Shown in pieces: positions 1-10,109 of a stretch of DNA of 64,000 nt. The stretch covers positions 48,927 through 112,926 of IMG/VR virus record IMGVR_UViG_3300018432_000013; one strand, given 5' to 3'. Positions within the stretch are counted from its first letter, which is position 1. Each line of letters begins with the position of its first letter. Both the position numbers and the translations under genes were made by a program. Under the pieces are notes generated by a model that ran no database searches, was not told the DNA's origin, and saw only the letters and a list, made by a program, of their open reading frames with translations. Source of the DNA: a virus.

Positions 1-668
1 TCGACGTTCTCTCCGAGCTTGATGACGATGCCGTCCGGCCGCTGAAAGAGCTCTCCCTCCTGCACGACCAAGCGCGGATCACTACGCACCTTGATGGCCT
101 CGGCGTAGAGCGCCTGCTCGTCGTTCTTGATCGGCATGTCGCGCCTCTCAAGCTCCTCGTGAACGAGCGCGGCGGCCTCGACGATGCGCTCACGGGAAAT
201 GCCCGTCACGCTCATCACCTGCATGTTCTTGGCGAAGTTCACCTCGAACAGATGCGCGAGCCGGCGATTGAGGTGAATGAGCGCAGTCGTGTCGCTCTTG
301 CGAACATCGGCGCGGGTGACGCCGTCGACGATCTGCTTTTGGAGTGCGTGGATACGCTCCTCTGCGTCGCAGAGCTCCTGCCAGGCGTCGACACGCGTCG
401 ACTTACGCAACGGATGCTCTGCAGGCAGCAAGTCCACGTCTGGGGTAGTGCCCTGATCATCGAGCGCCTTGAGAAACTGCTCGACGCGCGTGACCATCCA
501 CGGCTTCGGGTCCGCGCCTGGATAGGCAGCAGACTTCCAGTCCGCCAGCGCCCGCTCTGCGACCTTCCGCAAGCCAAGCACCGAGACCCGAAACTTCGGG
601 TCCTTGGTCTGATGCAGGTCAGCGTAGTACTTGCTGACCTGCAGCGTCAGCGTCTCGGGTTTGGCCAC
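1..668 (-). CDS. Head-morphogenesis region protein, truncated at window edge (possibly prohead protease/scaffold fusion)
   Basis: Open frame from GTG at 668 (GGAGG RBS upstream) to the window start, translated by hand (VAKPETLTL...WMVTRVEQFL...DLLPAEHPLR). Lies downstream of portal and minor head genes. Confidence 0.5.
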   Translation of the reverse strand, partial: MAKPETLTLQVSKYYADLHQTKDPKFRVSVLGLRKVAERALADWKSAAYPGADPKPWMVTRVEQFLKALDDQGTTPDVDLLPAEHPLRKSTRVDAWQELCDAEERIHALQKQIVDGVTRADVRKSDTTALIHLNRRLAHLFEVNFAKNMQVMSVTGISRERIVEAAALVHEELERRDMPIKNDEQALYAEAIKVRSDPRLVVQEGELFQRPDGIVIKLGENV

Positions 669-695
669 CAGCGCACCTCCAGAAGAGCCGAAGGC

Positions 696-1313
696 TCAGC
701 GCGGGTCAGAGCCCCACTGATAGTCCGTGTCCTTGTCGGCGCGCGAAGGCTTGATGCACTTGGCGAGGTCCGTCGGCCATTCCGGCACCGCAGCATCTCC
801 ACCTTCCGCACCCGCCTCCGCGCCGGCTGCCGCTGTGCTGCTGGCGGCCGCGCCGGGCTTGTCCTGCGGACGATTGGAGCCGAGCTCCTTGATCATCTGC
901 TCGAGGTAGTTACCGAACGAGGCGCTCTTGGCCGTCCAGTTCGTCTTGCCGTCGGCTTGCTGGTACGTGGGCGACACCTCGGTCTCGGTGGTGTCAAGCT
1001 GCTCCTCGTCCTTGTAGATCACGACGTTCGGGAGCTCGCCGGGCTTGAACTCGAACTTCGTGATCTTGTCGACCTCTGCCTTGAGCGCGCCGAGGCGCTT
1101 TTTGGCAACCTCAGGCTTTTTGGCCGCTGCGTCCTTGCGGGCCTTTTCGACCTGCTCCTTGGCGTAGACGCCGAACTCCTTCGCCGTCATCTTCTTCTCG
1201 GCGGGCTCGGCCGCGGGCTGCTCGGTAGCAGCTTCCTCGCTCAGGCACGCATCGAGTTCCTTCGAGAGCTTGTCGAAATCCATAGAGGTCTCCTTCGTCA
1301 GGTCGGCAGCCAA
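696..1313 (-). CDS. Hypothetical acidic/Lys-rich phage protein (head module)
   Basis: 205-aa ORF with good codon bias, in the head operon. Confidence 0.6.
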   Translation of the reverse strand: MAADLTKETSMDFDKLSKELDACLSEEAATEQPAAEPAEKKMTAKEFGVYAKEQVEKARKDAAAKKPEVAKKRLGALKAEVDKITKFEFKPGELPNVVIYKDEEQLDTTETEVSPTYQQADGKTNWTAKSASFGNYLEQMIKELGSNRPQDKPGAAASSTAAAGAEAGAEGGDAAVPEWPTDLAKCIKPSRADKDTDYQWGSDPR

Positions 1314-1696
1314 ATCAGATCGCGCCCGTTGTCAGCGCACCAGGTATCCTTGCCCTCGCGCGACGGCGCGTACGGAATGCCGTCGAGCTCGCAGCGAAGC
1401 GCTTTCGGAAGCTCGTCGAGCGCGCGCTGCACGGCCCAACCCACCTCATTGCGCAACACGAGCAGCCACTTCGACGCGATCTGCGTGCGCCGCTTGAACT
1501 CGTCGCGCGTCATGGTGGAGCCGTCCGCGAGGAACGACCCACCAACCACCTCAGCCAAAGACTCGACGACCTCGCGGAGCTTCTGAGGCTCCTCGCGAAA
1601 CGCGAGATACAGGTGCGTGAGCGTATCCACCGTTCTCTTCCCCCAAAGAGATAGGCCAACTGGCCTGGATGGTATCAGGGATGATCCGCGTCGCAA
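1298..1696 (-). CDS. Hypothetical protein
   Basis: Fills the operon gap; true start probably near 1630. Confidence 0.45.
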   Translation of the reverse strand: MRRGSSLIPSRPVGLSLWGKRTVDTLTHLYLAFREEPQKLREVVESLAEVVGGSFLADGSTMTRDEFKRRTQIASKWLLVLRNEVGWAVQRALDELPKALRCELDGIPYAPSREGKDTWCADNGRDLIWLPT

Positions 1697-1716
1697 AAGC
1701 TATCCGTGTGTCCCCG

Positions 1717-2769
1717 TCACACGTTGGCCACGGGGGTGCAGCGACAGCGCCCATGAATGGGCGGGATACACGCCCCTACAGCCTCAAGCTTCTCGGTCGT
1801 GTACGTGGTCCGGTATTCGCCGACGTCGTCTCGCTCCCCGACTCCCGAACGCAGCACGGTCGCGATCTCGCGCCGATGCCCGAACGCCTTCGTATAGAGC
1901 ACTTTTTCGCCGAACTCGTTGCGCCCCACCCGGATCCACGGCGCCGCCTCTTTGCTGCTGTCGAGGTTTCCGGCCATGCGCTCGAACACCCCGAGCGCGC
2001 CCGCAGTCGTGAAGGTCTGCCCGTGCAAGAACCTGCAGACGTCGCAAGTGACCTCGTCGAGCACAGCGTCGTATGTCCAGGTTGGGATCTCCGCGTCCCG
2101 GAACGCCGTCATCTGTCCATACGTGCGGGCGTAGCCGACGAAAGCCCCCGCCACGATGTCGAGGTAGTTCGCCTGGCGAGCGAGCACGACCTCTGGTGAG
2201 AGCAGGGCTTCGAGCTGGCGTACGAGGTACTTACGCGTCCAGCCCTCCGCGAGCGCCTGCCCGACAAGCGCGCGCATCTCCTGGTTGAGCGCGGTGTTGC
2301 GCGCCTGCATGGCGGCCGCCACGTAGAAGGCCTGCCCGTCTGCGAGGTGCTGCACCACCGCATCGTTGACGAGGTCGAGCTCGGGCAGCGCAACATCCTT
2401 GAGCGCGCGCAGACGCGCAAGCGCGACGAGCGCCTCTGCCTCCTCCGCGAATACGGGCGCCGTGACCTTGGCGTAAAGGGCAGGGCGGGGCAGGGCGAGC
2501 TCTGCGCGCTGCAGAAAGTCCTCGCGCTCCGCCGCCGTGAGATCCTGAAAGTCCACGCCGAGCGCGCGCAGCACCCGCGCTGCAAACGACTCGTCAAGCT
2601 TCTCGGTCGCCGCCATGAGCTCGCGCTGAATCCGCGCAACGATCCGATCGAAGCCCCTTCGCTTAGTTGGGTCGTCCGCCTTCTCGAGCACCTCGTACCC
2701 GAGCGAGAACAAGATCTCGTCCGTTGCGCGCAGCCCGCGAATCAGCGCGTGATCGTCGCAGCAGCTCAC
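1717..2769 (-). CDS. Phage minor head protein (Mu gpF / SPP1 gp7 family)
   Basis: AVLDEVTCDVCRFLHGQTF and C-terminal PPIHGRCRC motifs; downstream of portal. Confidence 0.88.
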   Translation of the reverse strand: MSCCDDHALIRGLRATDEILFSLGYEVLEKADDPTKRRGFDRIVARIQRELMAATEKLDESFAARVLRALGVDFQDLTAAEREDFLQRAELALPRPALYAKVTAPVFAEEAEALVALARLRALKDVALPELDLVNDAVVQHLADGQAFYVAAAMQARNTALNQEMRALVGQALAEGWTRKYLVRQLEALLSPEVVLARQANYLDIVAGAFVGYARTYGQMTAFRDAEIPTWTYDAVLDEVTCDVCRFLHGQTFTTAGALGVFERMAGNLDSSKEAAPWIRVGRNEFGEKVLYTKAFGHRREIATVLRSGVGERDDVGEYRTTYTTEKLEAVGACIPPIHGRCRCTPVANV

Positions 2770-3092
2770 TGGAAATCTACCTCGACCTCTGCGTGCGCTT
2801 GCGATGAATCAATGACGCTGAGCCAGTGGCGAATGCGCACCTCGAGTGCGAAGCGGGCGTAGGGCCCAATCATCCATCGCCAGCGCTGGTACCAATCCAG
2901 CTTCACCACCACGTGAAGACGCGGCCAACCGCCGCCCTCGCCAAACACCAGTGTTCCGTCAATGCAGACGTTGCGATAGCCCAAGCTGTGCGCGGCAAGC
3001 ACCGCGGCATCGATCACGCGCTGCTTTTCAATGCGACGGTCGTGGCAGCGAACCTCGACCTCCACATGATAGGGCGAAGACGCCGCCGTCAC
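2766..3092 (-). CDS. Hypothetical protein
   Basis: 4-bp overlaps with both neighbours. Confidence 0.6.
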   Translation of the reverse strand: MTAASSPYHVEVEVRCHDRRIEKQRVIDAAVLAAHSLGYRNVCIDGTLVFGEGGGWPRLHVVVKLDWYQRWRWMIGPYARFALEVRIRHWLSVIDSSQAHAEVEVDFQ

Positions 3093-5062
3093 GGCTCGAC
3101 CTCACCCGCAGGCGCCCGCGCGCGCTCCGCTTCCGTCCGCGTGACGAGCTTTCGCGTCACGACACGCGCCATCTTGTTTCGAAGCGCGACGAGCACGCTC
3201 GCAATCTCGTCGAGGTCCTCCTCGTCGACCTCGACCTCGAACTGCTTGCGCGCAGGCGTCACGCGCTGCTTGGGCGGCTTGGGCGGCTTGTTGCCACCGA
3301 ACTGCCCGTTCGGCGTGCGTCCCTGGCCATCTGCGGGCGCCTGGTTGTCGCCCGTCTCAGTTGTCGACGACTCGGGCTCGGAGTTCGGCGCCTGGTTGTC
3401 CGGGTTGGTGTCTTCTGCTTCCGGCGTGGAGGCGCCGAGCCCGTCTGACTGGTTGACGCTCGCCAGGGTGAGCTTGAGCGGCATGTCAGCCCAGGGCGCG
3501 TCGATGCGCGGGAAGTTGCGGTTGAAGACCCCCTGCGAGAGCTCCATCAGGATGTTGGGCGGGATGAAGTCCTGCAGATCGTGAATCATCTTGGCGAGCG
3601 ACTCTGGATCGCGCTGCGTTGGGCCGTTCGACTTGAGCTTCCAACGCTTGACGTTGAGCGCCGGCAGGATGTCGCGGTTCATGCGGTAGTCGAACGTCTG
3701 GCGCTCCGGCTCGAACACCTGCCGCTCTGCGAAATCCAGGGCGGCCATCGCTGTACTGCGGTTGAAGTCGCGCGTGTCGCCACGCAGCATCCTGGGCAGT
3801 CGAAACGACATGCCCACCTTGTCGATATTACGCTCGTCGTAGTTCTGAAAGAGCCCGTCCGAGTTCTGCGCTTCCGTGAGCGGCTTGAGCTCGATCTTCA
3901 TGCGGCCCGAGTTCTCAAACGCCTGCGACTCACCACCCTCCGCCTCGATGACGAGAATCTTGTGGTAGTTCTGCTTGCCGCGGATGTTGTTGGTGATGAA
4001 GCTCTCGAGCCGCTCGGTCGAGTCCTTCGTCAACCTGCCTCCCGAGACGAGCACCGCGAGTGGCGGCACGCTCTTGTTCTCGAAGTAGCTGAAGTTGACC
4101 TCTTCGGACTGGCGCGAGCCGAAGACGCTGAGCAGGTTTCCGATCCAACGCGGCACGCCGTACGCCGTACGCGAAGAGGGCACCTTGAAGTGCATCATCT
4201 CGGTAGCCGCAGTGCTGTGCTTCTCGTCGAGCTGCATCGCGTCGACGTCCGCAAACGCCTTGCCCGAGCGCGAGCTCACAACGCGTGGATCTCCAAACTC
4301 CTTGAAGAAGACCGCTTGCCCGGCGACCTTCTGAATGTAGCGGCGAAACCGGCGCTTGCGTGTGACGTCCTCGAAGTCCTGGGTGGGCGTGCGCCGCTTG
4401 GTTTTGTACTCGGTCATCTCGACGTCGAGCTTCGTCAGGCGCACGGTGAAGGCTTCGACGTAGTTGAACTGGGAAATCCCGCCCACTCGATTGCGAACGA
4501 CCTCCCAGTACCCGTTGCCGGTAATCTCGACGTCCTCTCGCGTGCGGCGGCGCAAGTCGACGAAGCTCATCTCTGAGCAGTCGTCGAAGAACGCCGCCAG
4601 CTTCAGCGTCTCGGCGCGCTGCTCGTTGGCGAGCTGCTTGATACGCTGCTGCACCTCTTCGTCGGTCGGCTCTTCCACCTGCACGTTGTCGCTGTCGCCC
4701 TGGCGCTCCATGGCGATCAGTGCGCGCACGTCATCTTCGGTAGAGTCAGCCTCGAGATCGGTCACCGCAGTGAACGCATGGCCGAAGCCGTCGATGTTCG
4801 TCGCGTACGCGTCGACATTCTGGCGCAGCGCATTGCTGTGCTCGAACAGCAGCACGAGCACGCGTGGGTCGTAGGGCGGCTCAAGCGCCCCGCGCTCGCT
4901 GAAGAACTGCTCATCCTCTTCGATGTTCTGAATCGCGCGTGTCTCGAGCACGCCTTCGTCACGCAGCTTGATGATGCGTGCGCGCACCTCGCCGATGCGC
5001 GGGTCTCGCCCAAACCCATTTTCATCGACCGGCGCAGCCGTCGTTTCAGTCTCATCTGCCAC
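3089..5062 (-). CDS. Phage portal protein (PBSX family)
   Basis: LEPPYDP, TGNGYWEVVRN, EMMHFK...YGVPRW, NFSYFENKSVPP, FRLPRMLRG motifs; follows terminase. Confidence 0.92.
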   Translation of the reverse strand: MADETETTAAPVDENGFGRDPRIGEVRARIIKLRDEGVLETRAIQNIEEDEQFFSERGALEPPYDPRVLVLLFEHSNALRQNVDAYATNIDGFGHAFTAVTDLEADSTEDDVRALIAMERQGDSDNVQVEEPTDEEVQQRIKQLANEQRAETLKLAAFFDDCSEMSFVDLRRRTREDVEITGNGYWEVVRNRVGGISQFNYVEAFTVRLTKLDVEMTEYKTKRRTPTQDFEDVTRKRRFRRYIQKVAGQAVFFKEFGDPRVVSSRSGKAFADVDAMQLDEKHSTAATEMMHFKVPSSRTAYGVPRWIGNLLSVFGSRQSEEVNFSYFENKSVPPLAVLVSGGRLTKDSTERLESFITNNIRGKQNYHKILVIEAEGGESQAFENSGRMKIELKPLTEAQNSDGLFQNYDERNIDKVGMSFRLPRMLRGDTRDFNRSTAMAALDFAERQVFEPERQTFDYRMNRDILPALNVKRWKLKSNGPTQRDPESLAKMIHDLQDFIPPNILMELSQGVFNRNFPRIDAPWADMPLKLTLASVNQSDGLGASTPEAEDTNPDNQAPNSEPESSTTETGDNQAPADGQGRTPNGQFGGNKPPKPPKQRVTPARKQFEVEVDEEDLDEIASVLVALRNKMARVVTRKLVTRTEAERARAPAGEVEP

Positions 5063-5070
5063 AGCGAACC

Positions 5071-5358
5071 TCAGCTTTGCTGCACACCTGCAATCAGCAT
5101 GGTGGCGCTACCCGCGGCCACGCACTTCACACGAACCGAGAACGCATAGAAGTTGATGCCCAAAAAACCAGGCGCGGTAAACGTGCCGCCGTAGTCCTGG
5201 TAGTGGGCGCCGTCGGCGGAGATCTGCACCTGGTACTCCCCCGACGGAAGGTCGTAAATCTGCACGACCTTCTCTTTGAGGTGGTAGACAGTCAGCGGCG
5301 TACCGACGGCATCAAGCGTGGTCGGCACATCGAGTGCCAGCGAATACGGTCGCGACAT
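5071..5358 (-). CDS. Hypothetical protein
   Basis: 95-aa ORF in packaging operon. Confidence 0.6.
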   Translation of the reverse strand: MSRPYSLALDVPTTLDAVGTPLTVYHLKEKVVQIYDLPSGEYQVQISADGAHYQDYGGTFTAPGFLGINFYAFSVRVKCVAAGSATMLIAGVQQS

Positions 5359-5362
5359 GGGC

Positions 5363-5599
5363 TCACCCTTCTTTCACGTAGACGATGATCGCTTCGATTG
5401 CGCGGCCCGACCTGCTCGCGCGGAAGTTCACACTCTGCACCTGCCGCCCATCTCGCTCAGCGCGACCTCTGGCACGTGCAAGCGCATCGTCGTGGCTCTT
5501 CACGTCGGTCAGCACGAACCGAAGCAAGAGTGCGCGCTTGCCGTCCTTGCCCGGCTGGTCACCGAACACCTCGATGGGCAGCTTCTTTGGGAGCTCCAT
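5363..5599 (-). CDS. Hypothetical protein
   Basis: 78-aa ORF in packaging operon. Confidence 0.6.
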   Translation of the reverse strand: MELPKKLPIEVFGDQPGKDGKRALLLRFVLTDVKSHDDALARARGRAERDGRQVQSVNFRASRSGRAIEAIIVYVKEG

Positions 5600-5606
5600 G
5601 GTCCGC

Positions 5607-6224
5607 TCACTTGCTCGCGTAGAGCGAGCGCAACCGCGCCCGATCCTGGTCAGACAGCAGATACGTGCGTCCGCCCTCGAGCGACTTGTCCGTCATCAAA
5701 CTCGACGCATTCGCATCGTGCGCGAGCCCAAGCACATGCCCGAGCTCATGCCGAACAACCGCATGCGCGATGTCCTCAAGCGCCAGATTCGAGAGGTAGA
5801 CGGTGCAGACCACGACCTTGCTCGTCGTCAGGTCCGCAACATGACGCACGCGACCGGCTGGGTTGAAACCGCCCTGCTCGAACGGCACATCAAAGTCTGC
5901 GATCACGTCCGCCTGCGCACTCTGGCTCGCAGCGAGCTGCTCAAGTATGTCCAGGCCAAGCTCAGCCTCGAGCGACTCCACCGCTTCATAGAACATCTCG
6001 TGCTGCCAGGGAGATCCGCCGACCACGTGCGTCTTGAGCGGCATCGGCTTCTGCCACACCACCTCGGTGCAGTCCCCGACATAGTCGAATGAGCCGTCCG
6101 CGCGCACGCAGCCACGCAAGAGGTCCGCCTCTTCGTGCGTCCGAACGCCGTAGATCAGCAGGCCGATCATCGCCGCCGCGAACGCTACAAAGCCGACTAA
6201 CGCCCATCGTTCCTTCATCGTCAT
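5607..6224 (-). CDS. Membrane-anchored matrixin-like (metzincin) zinc metalloprotease
   Basis: N-terminal hydrophobic helix; HELGHVLGLAH (HExxHxxGxxH) followed by Met-turn SLM. Confidence 0.85.
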   Translation of the reverse strand: MTMKERWALVGFVAFAAAMIGLLIYGVRTHEEADLLRGCVRADGSFDYVGDCTEVVWQKPMPLKTHVVGGSPWQHEMFYEAVESLEAELGLDILEQLAASQSAQADVIADFDVPFEQGGFNPAGRVRHVADLTTSKVVVCTVYLSNLALEDIAHAVVRHELGHVLGLAHDANASSLMTDKSLEGGRTYLLSDQDRARLRSLYASK

Positions 6225-6260
6225 AGGCCCCTCAACTTGGTGTTGGTGCCCGATCGCGGC

Positions 6261-7841
6261 TCACCCGAGCACACGAACTTCACCGCCCCGATGTTTCGCC
6301 GCGTACGCACGCGCAGCCTCACGCCCGATCCACTGCGCCATGAGGCAATCGCCGGTGTGCCCGTCTGGGGAGTAGTAGCGAGTCTCTTGCTCCCAAACTT
6401 GGACGTTCGGCTCGGTCACGAGCTGCGTCTCCCCGTTCACCACGCCAAGCTCACAAGGGATGAGCCAGCTTGCCGCCTCGAGCTCTCCAGCGAGCGATTC
6501 GACGCCGTACGCTCGCGAGTGCTTGTTCATGCCCGTGCGAAAGCCGCGCACAAGAATCTCCGGATAGTCTTCGGCGAGCCACTCAAGCAGGTACTGCTGC
6601 GCAGAGTTGTTCTCGACGAACATCCAGCTCCGATAGCGCGTCCAAACATCGACCACCTGCGCGATGATCTCCGGGCTCTTCCAGCGGCCGCGGCGAATGT
6701 TCAGAAGCTGCCGCGTCTGATCTGGCCAGAGCAGGAACGTGAAGAGCACGGTGTGATCGGCGGAGTCCTGCTTCGAGACGCCGAGGTCGATGCCCGTGAA
6801 CGTGCGAAAGCCGGGCGCGAAGCGAAACGACTTCGGCCGCAGGTCCCAACTGAGCCCCTTTCTGCGCCAGTACTCAGGGCCTATCCAATGCACGAAGTCG
6901 CGCAGGCTCTTGAACATCGGATAGCCGAGCCCGCGCTGTTTGCACTTGTCGATCCACGCCTGTTGAAACCGCGCATCCTCATCCGCATGCGCCTCGCACA
7001 TCATCATGCGTGCGAACTCGGTCGGGCCGTACTCCTCCGTGCGCACCTTGTTGATGCGCTCCTTGGGCCAGCGCTGCGGAGACGCGAGGTTGCCCGCCGC
7101 ATCCATCACCGGGTACTTCTTGGCAAGCCACCCTTGCCGCGCGAGCTCGTGCGCGAAGTCGTCCGGATGAAACGCGTTGGCGAGCACGATGACTTGCGAC
7201 CGCTTCGAGAGGCGTGAGAACACCGAGGCGCGGATCCACGTCCCCGTCTTGTTGCGCTGGTACGCCGTGCGCGTGTTCTCTTCGACCAGCACGTCGTCGA
7301 TGATGACCACGTCGAGACGCGCGCCCTGCACTGCGCCGTTCGGCGAGACCGCCTGCACCGACGGATCCTTGATGATGCCGGGACGCGCGATGGTGATCGC
7401 GTGGTCGGTCCACATCACACCCCGGCGCAAGTCCGGAAAGATGTGATGCAGGGTCGCGTTCGTCTCGATGTGCCGGCGCAACGAGGCGATGATCTTCTTC
7501 ACCTGCTTCTCAGCCGCCGCGAGGATGGCGATACGCAGGCGAGGATTACGGCCGAGCAGCCAGAGCACCCGGCCGACCGAGAACTGCTGGCTCTTGCCCG
7601 ACTCGGGGAACGCCCAGATGACCATGTTGCGGCCCGTGTCCGCCGTCCCATGCCACTCGTAGTGCATGGGCAGCATCTCGATCGGGTCGCCGGTCTCCTC
7701 GTCCTTGAGCGTGAGCTCGCAGAACAGCGCGCAGTCCTCGCGCGCAAGCTCCAGCAGGCTCGCGTACGCCGCCTGCGCCTGCTTTACCTCAGCGGCCCGA
7801 TCGTAGGTCGGATCGCCGCTCTGCATGCTCCTGGCCCCCAC
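6261..7841 (-). CDS. terL: Terminase large subunit
   Basis: Walker A-like PESGKS, GARLDVVIIDD Walker B, C-terminal nuclease GIDLG...DHT...GDCLMA; upstream of portal. Confidence 0.9.
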   Translation of the reverse strand: MGARSMQSGDPTYDRAAEVKQAQAAYASLLELAREDCALFCELTLKDEETGDPIEMLPMHYEWHGTADTGRNMVIWAFPESGKSQQFSVGRVLWLLGRNPRLRIAILAAAEKQVKKIIASLRRHIETNATLHHIFPDLRRGVMWTDHAITIARPGIIKDPSVQAVSPNGAVQGARLDVVIIDDVLVEENTRTAYQRNKTGTWIRASVFSRLSKRSQVIVLANAFHPDDFAHELARQGWLAKKYPVMDAAGNLASPQRWPKERINKVRTEEYGPTEFARMMMCEAHADEDARFQQAWIDKCKQRGLGYPMFKSLRDFVHWIGPEYWRRKGLSWDLRPKSFRFAPGFRTFTGIDLGVSKQDSADHTVLFTFLLWPDQTRQLLNIRRGRWKSPEIIAQVVDVWTRYRSWMFVENNSAQQYLLEWLAEDYPEILVRGFRTGMNKHSRAYGVESLAGELEAASWLIPCELGVVNGETQLVTEPNVQVWEQETRYYSPDGHTGDCLMAQWIGREAARAYAAKHRGGEVRVLG

Positions 7842-7897
7842 GGGGCCGAGAGTATCACGAACGACTCCGCTGGCCGCAACGGGCTAGGTGAGCCGGC

Positions 7898-8248
7898 TCA
7901 GTGCACCGAATCGTCGTCTGGAGGCTGGGCCGGGGCCAGCTCAGGCGCGACCAGTCCGAGCGCAACCATGTTCTCGTGCATGCCTCGGACCATCTCCTCG
8001 TTCTCTGCCACCCGCAGGACCTCCTCGCAGATCTCCTCAAACGAATAGTCGGTGTGGTGCACCAACAGGCCTCCGAGCAGCCCGTGCACGTGCAGCAGCA
8101 CGTTGGGCGTGATGCCCTTCTGCGGATCGGCCATCAACCGAAGGATCTCCTCAAACGCGATGGCCGCCCGCGCAGCCGCTTCCACGTGATCTTCGCCGCA
8201 GTCTTTACACGCTGCCATGGACCTGCGCCTCCTCCGGGTAACAAACAA
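7898..8248 (-). CDS. Hypothetical protein
   Basis: ORF upstream of terL; likely start MAACKDCG. Confidence 0.55.
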   Translation of the reverse strand: MFVTRRRRRSMAACKDCGEDHVEAAARAAIAFEEILRLMADPQKGITPNVLLHVHGLLGGLLVHHTDYSFEEICEEVLRVAENEEMVRGMHENMVALGLVAPELAPAQPPDDDSVH

Positions 8249-8915
8249 TGAGATGAGAGCAGGGCCTCTTTTCGCCGTACATCAAACACGCACTCTTGGT
8301 CGGTGGTAGGTCAAGCACGGGCCTTCGTTCTTCCTTCACGAGCGCCATGTAATCGATGAGCTGCGAGCGCGCGCGTAGCACGCGTGTCGCATCGTCCATG
8401 GAGATCTCCGTCTCCACCGGCCGCAGATCGATGGGCTCTGTGCGCTTGTAATAAAGCCACTGCGCCGTGCAGGTCGTCGTCCCGTAGTGCCTCATCGCGA
8501 AGAACGCGTAGATGCAGGCCTGCAGGTTCGTGCGCAGGCGTGGTGCAGTCAGCGCGAATCGATAGTGATCCACCGTCTTGTGATCGACCACGATGGGCCC
8601 GCAGGGAGCAATCCACATCAAGTCGGGCTTCAACCGAAAGCCATGCGCTCCGTACGTGACCACCTCGTCCTGCTCGATACAGGGGGCGTCCGCAAGCGTC
8701 GGGAAGTAGTCGCGCGCGAGCGCAGCAAGCCGCCCCATGGGCTTGGTCAAATCAAACTCGATGCCGTAGCGCACGTAGTTCTCGACGTGCGCATGAAGAT
8801 CGTCGCCATCCTCTTGCGGCTTGCCGCGCGTCTCGTGCCGCCCGCCGTACGCGCTCCACGCCCACTTCCGAACGCACTCCTCGGCTGTCTTGACCTGGCT
8901 GTAGGAGGTAATCAC
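8205..8915 (-). CDS. PD-(D/E)XK exonuclease, Cas4/AddB-like
   Basis: SYSQ...CVRKW, KPDL...VVDHKT, QACIYA and a C-terminal C-x8-C-x5-C cluster; start placed at GTG 8915. Confidence 0.8.
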   Translation of the reverse strand: MITSYSQVKTAEECVRKWAWSAYGGRHETRGKPQEDGDDLHAHVENYVRYGIEFDLTKPMGRLAALARDYFPTLADAPCIEQDEVVTYGAHGFRLKPDLMWIAPCGPIVVDHKTVDHYRFALTAPRLRTNLQACIYAFFAMRHYGTTTCTAQWLYYKRTEPIDLRPVETEISMDDATRVLRARSQLIDYMALVKEERRPVLDLPPTKSACLMYGEKRPCSHLIVCYPEEAQVHGSV

Positions 8916-9257
8916 GCGTGTTGCCTCAGCTGTGCTCGGTGGAGACCCGTATCCAACGCAGCCCCGTCTTGCGGCAGGACGGCGTATGACACGAGGCACT
9001 GCGTTATCTGCCGTGGCACTTGCAGTCCAGCCCGCACAACGCGAACCCGTGATTTCCGCAGCCCGCATTCGCGTCGGTGAGCAACTATCCACAGATACTG
9101 ATTGGGAAACGGCCATGCTGACAAGCATTCCGCATCTAACCAACGCAACTTAGGTGCGCGAGAGCACACCCATCCAGCAGGTCGGTACCCTCGATCGATC
9201 GCCACGTTCACAATCTAGGTTGGTGCCTCGTTACACGTCTGCTTGACGGCTGTCAGC

Positions 9258-9578
9258 TCACAAACCTTGACGTACGTGGGCCAAAAGCTCGTTCGAGCGC
9301 ACGATCCCGAGCTGCGCCGCGACCGCGACGAACTCCCGCGCGGTGAGGCGCGGACGCGCGCGCAGCGGCGGGTTTTGGGATGCGAAACCCGACGAAACGG
9401 GAGCTGCAACAGCCTTCGACGCCTTTCGAACGGCTGATGCCGCCTCAGAACGAACGACGTACACGTAATTCTGTGACAACAAAACCCCGCGCGCTAAAGC
9501 ACGGTCAACGATCTCCCGCGCGGAGAGTTTCTTCGGGCAGCTGAGAATGAACTGCCTCTTCGAGAGGGTACTTTTCAT
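9258..9578 (-). CDS. Hypothetical basic, probable DNA-binding protein
   Basis: LSAREIVDRA...LSQNYVYVVRS HTH-like segment. Confidence 0.5.
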   Translation of the reverse strand: MKSTLSKRQFILSCPKKLSAREIVDRALARGVLLSQNYVYVVRSEAASAVRKASKAVAAPVSSGFASQNPPLRARPRLTAREFVAVAAQLGIVRSNELLAHVRQGL

Positions 9579-9593
9579 AGGGCGGCACTCTAC

Positions 9594-9803
9594 CTAGAGC
9601 CGCGACTCGCCCCCACCGTTTTGTGCACGTTGCGCGCAGAGCGCTTCGATTCGTACCGCTGCGTCTTCCTTAGCGCGCGCCGCCTCAATCTGCGCCGCAC
9701 TCTGAAACGCGACGAACATCAGGTGCTGCGCCTCCTGACGCAAATCCGCAGCGAGCTTCGTAAACGGATCTCCACTCTCCAGCCCGATCAACATGGCTCT
9801 CAA
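9594..9803 (-). CDS. Hypothetical protein
   Basis: Coupled to neighbouring ORFs. Confidence 0.5.
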   Translation of the reverse strand: MRAMLIGLESGDPFTKLAADLRQEAQHLMFVAFQSAAQIEAARAKEDAAVRIEALCAQRAQNGGGESRL

Positions 9804-10072
9804 CCTCCCTCTTCGTCAGGCTCATCAGGCAACTCGCGCAGAAACACGAGGAGCTTGGCCGCGTTCACCGGCCCAAGCCCCACCTCGAACCGAAAGAGAT
9901 ACTGATCGGTGTCTTCCTCGACCAGGGCGTGGCCCTCAGGTGTCGTGACAACGTCACCGAGCTGCAGGTCAAATCGAACGACCTCGAACGCCAGACGCTC
10001 TGCGTCACCGGCGACAACGAGCTCGTCGAGCTGCTTTCTCATGGCCTGATGCTGATCGCTGTAGAAGGGCAT
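9800..10072 (-). CDS. Hypothetical acidic protein
   Basis: 90-aa ORF. Confidence 0.55.
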   Translation of the reverse strand: MPFYSDQHQAMRKQLDELVVAGDAERLAFEVVRFDLQLGDVVTTPEGHALVEEDTDQYLFRFEVGLGPVNAAKLLVFLRELPDEPDEEGG

Positions 10073-10109
10073 TACTGCAGGTTGGTGCCCGAGATCACGG
10101 CCGACTGAG

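Noticed and set aside
159-1586. 475-aa plus-strand ORF and other long antisense ORFs (3581-4576, 6237-7217, 11910-13238, 35585-36706, 46335-47432)
   Set aside because: Shadow frames of real genes in high-GC DNA
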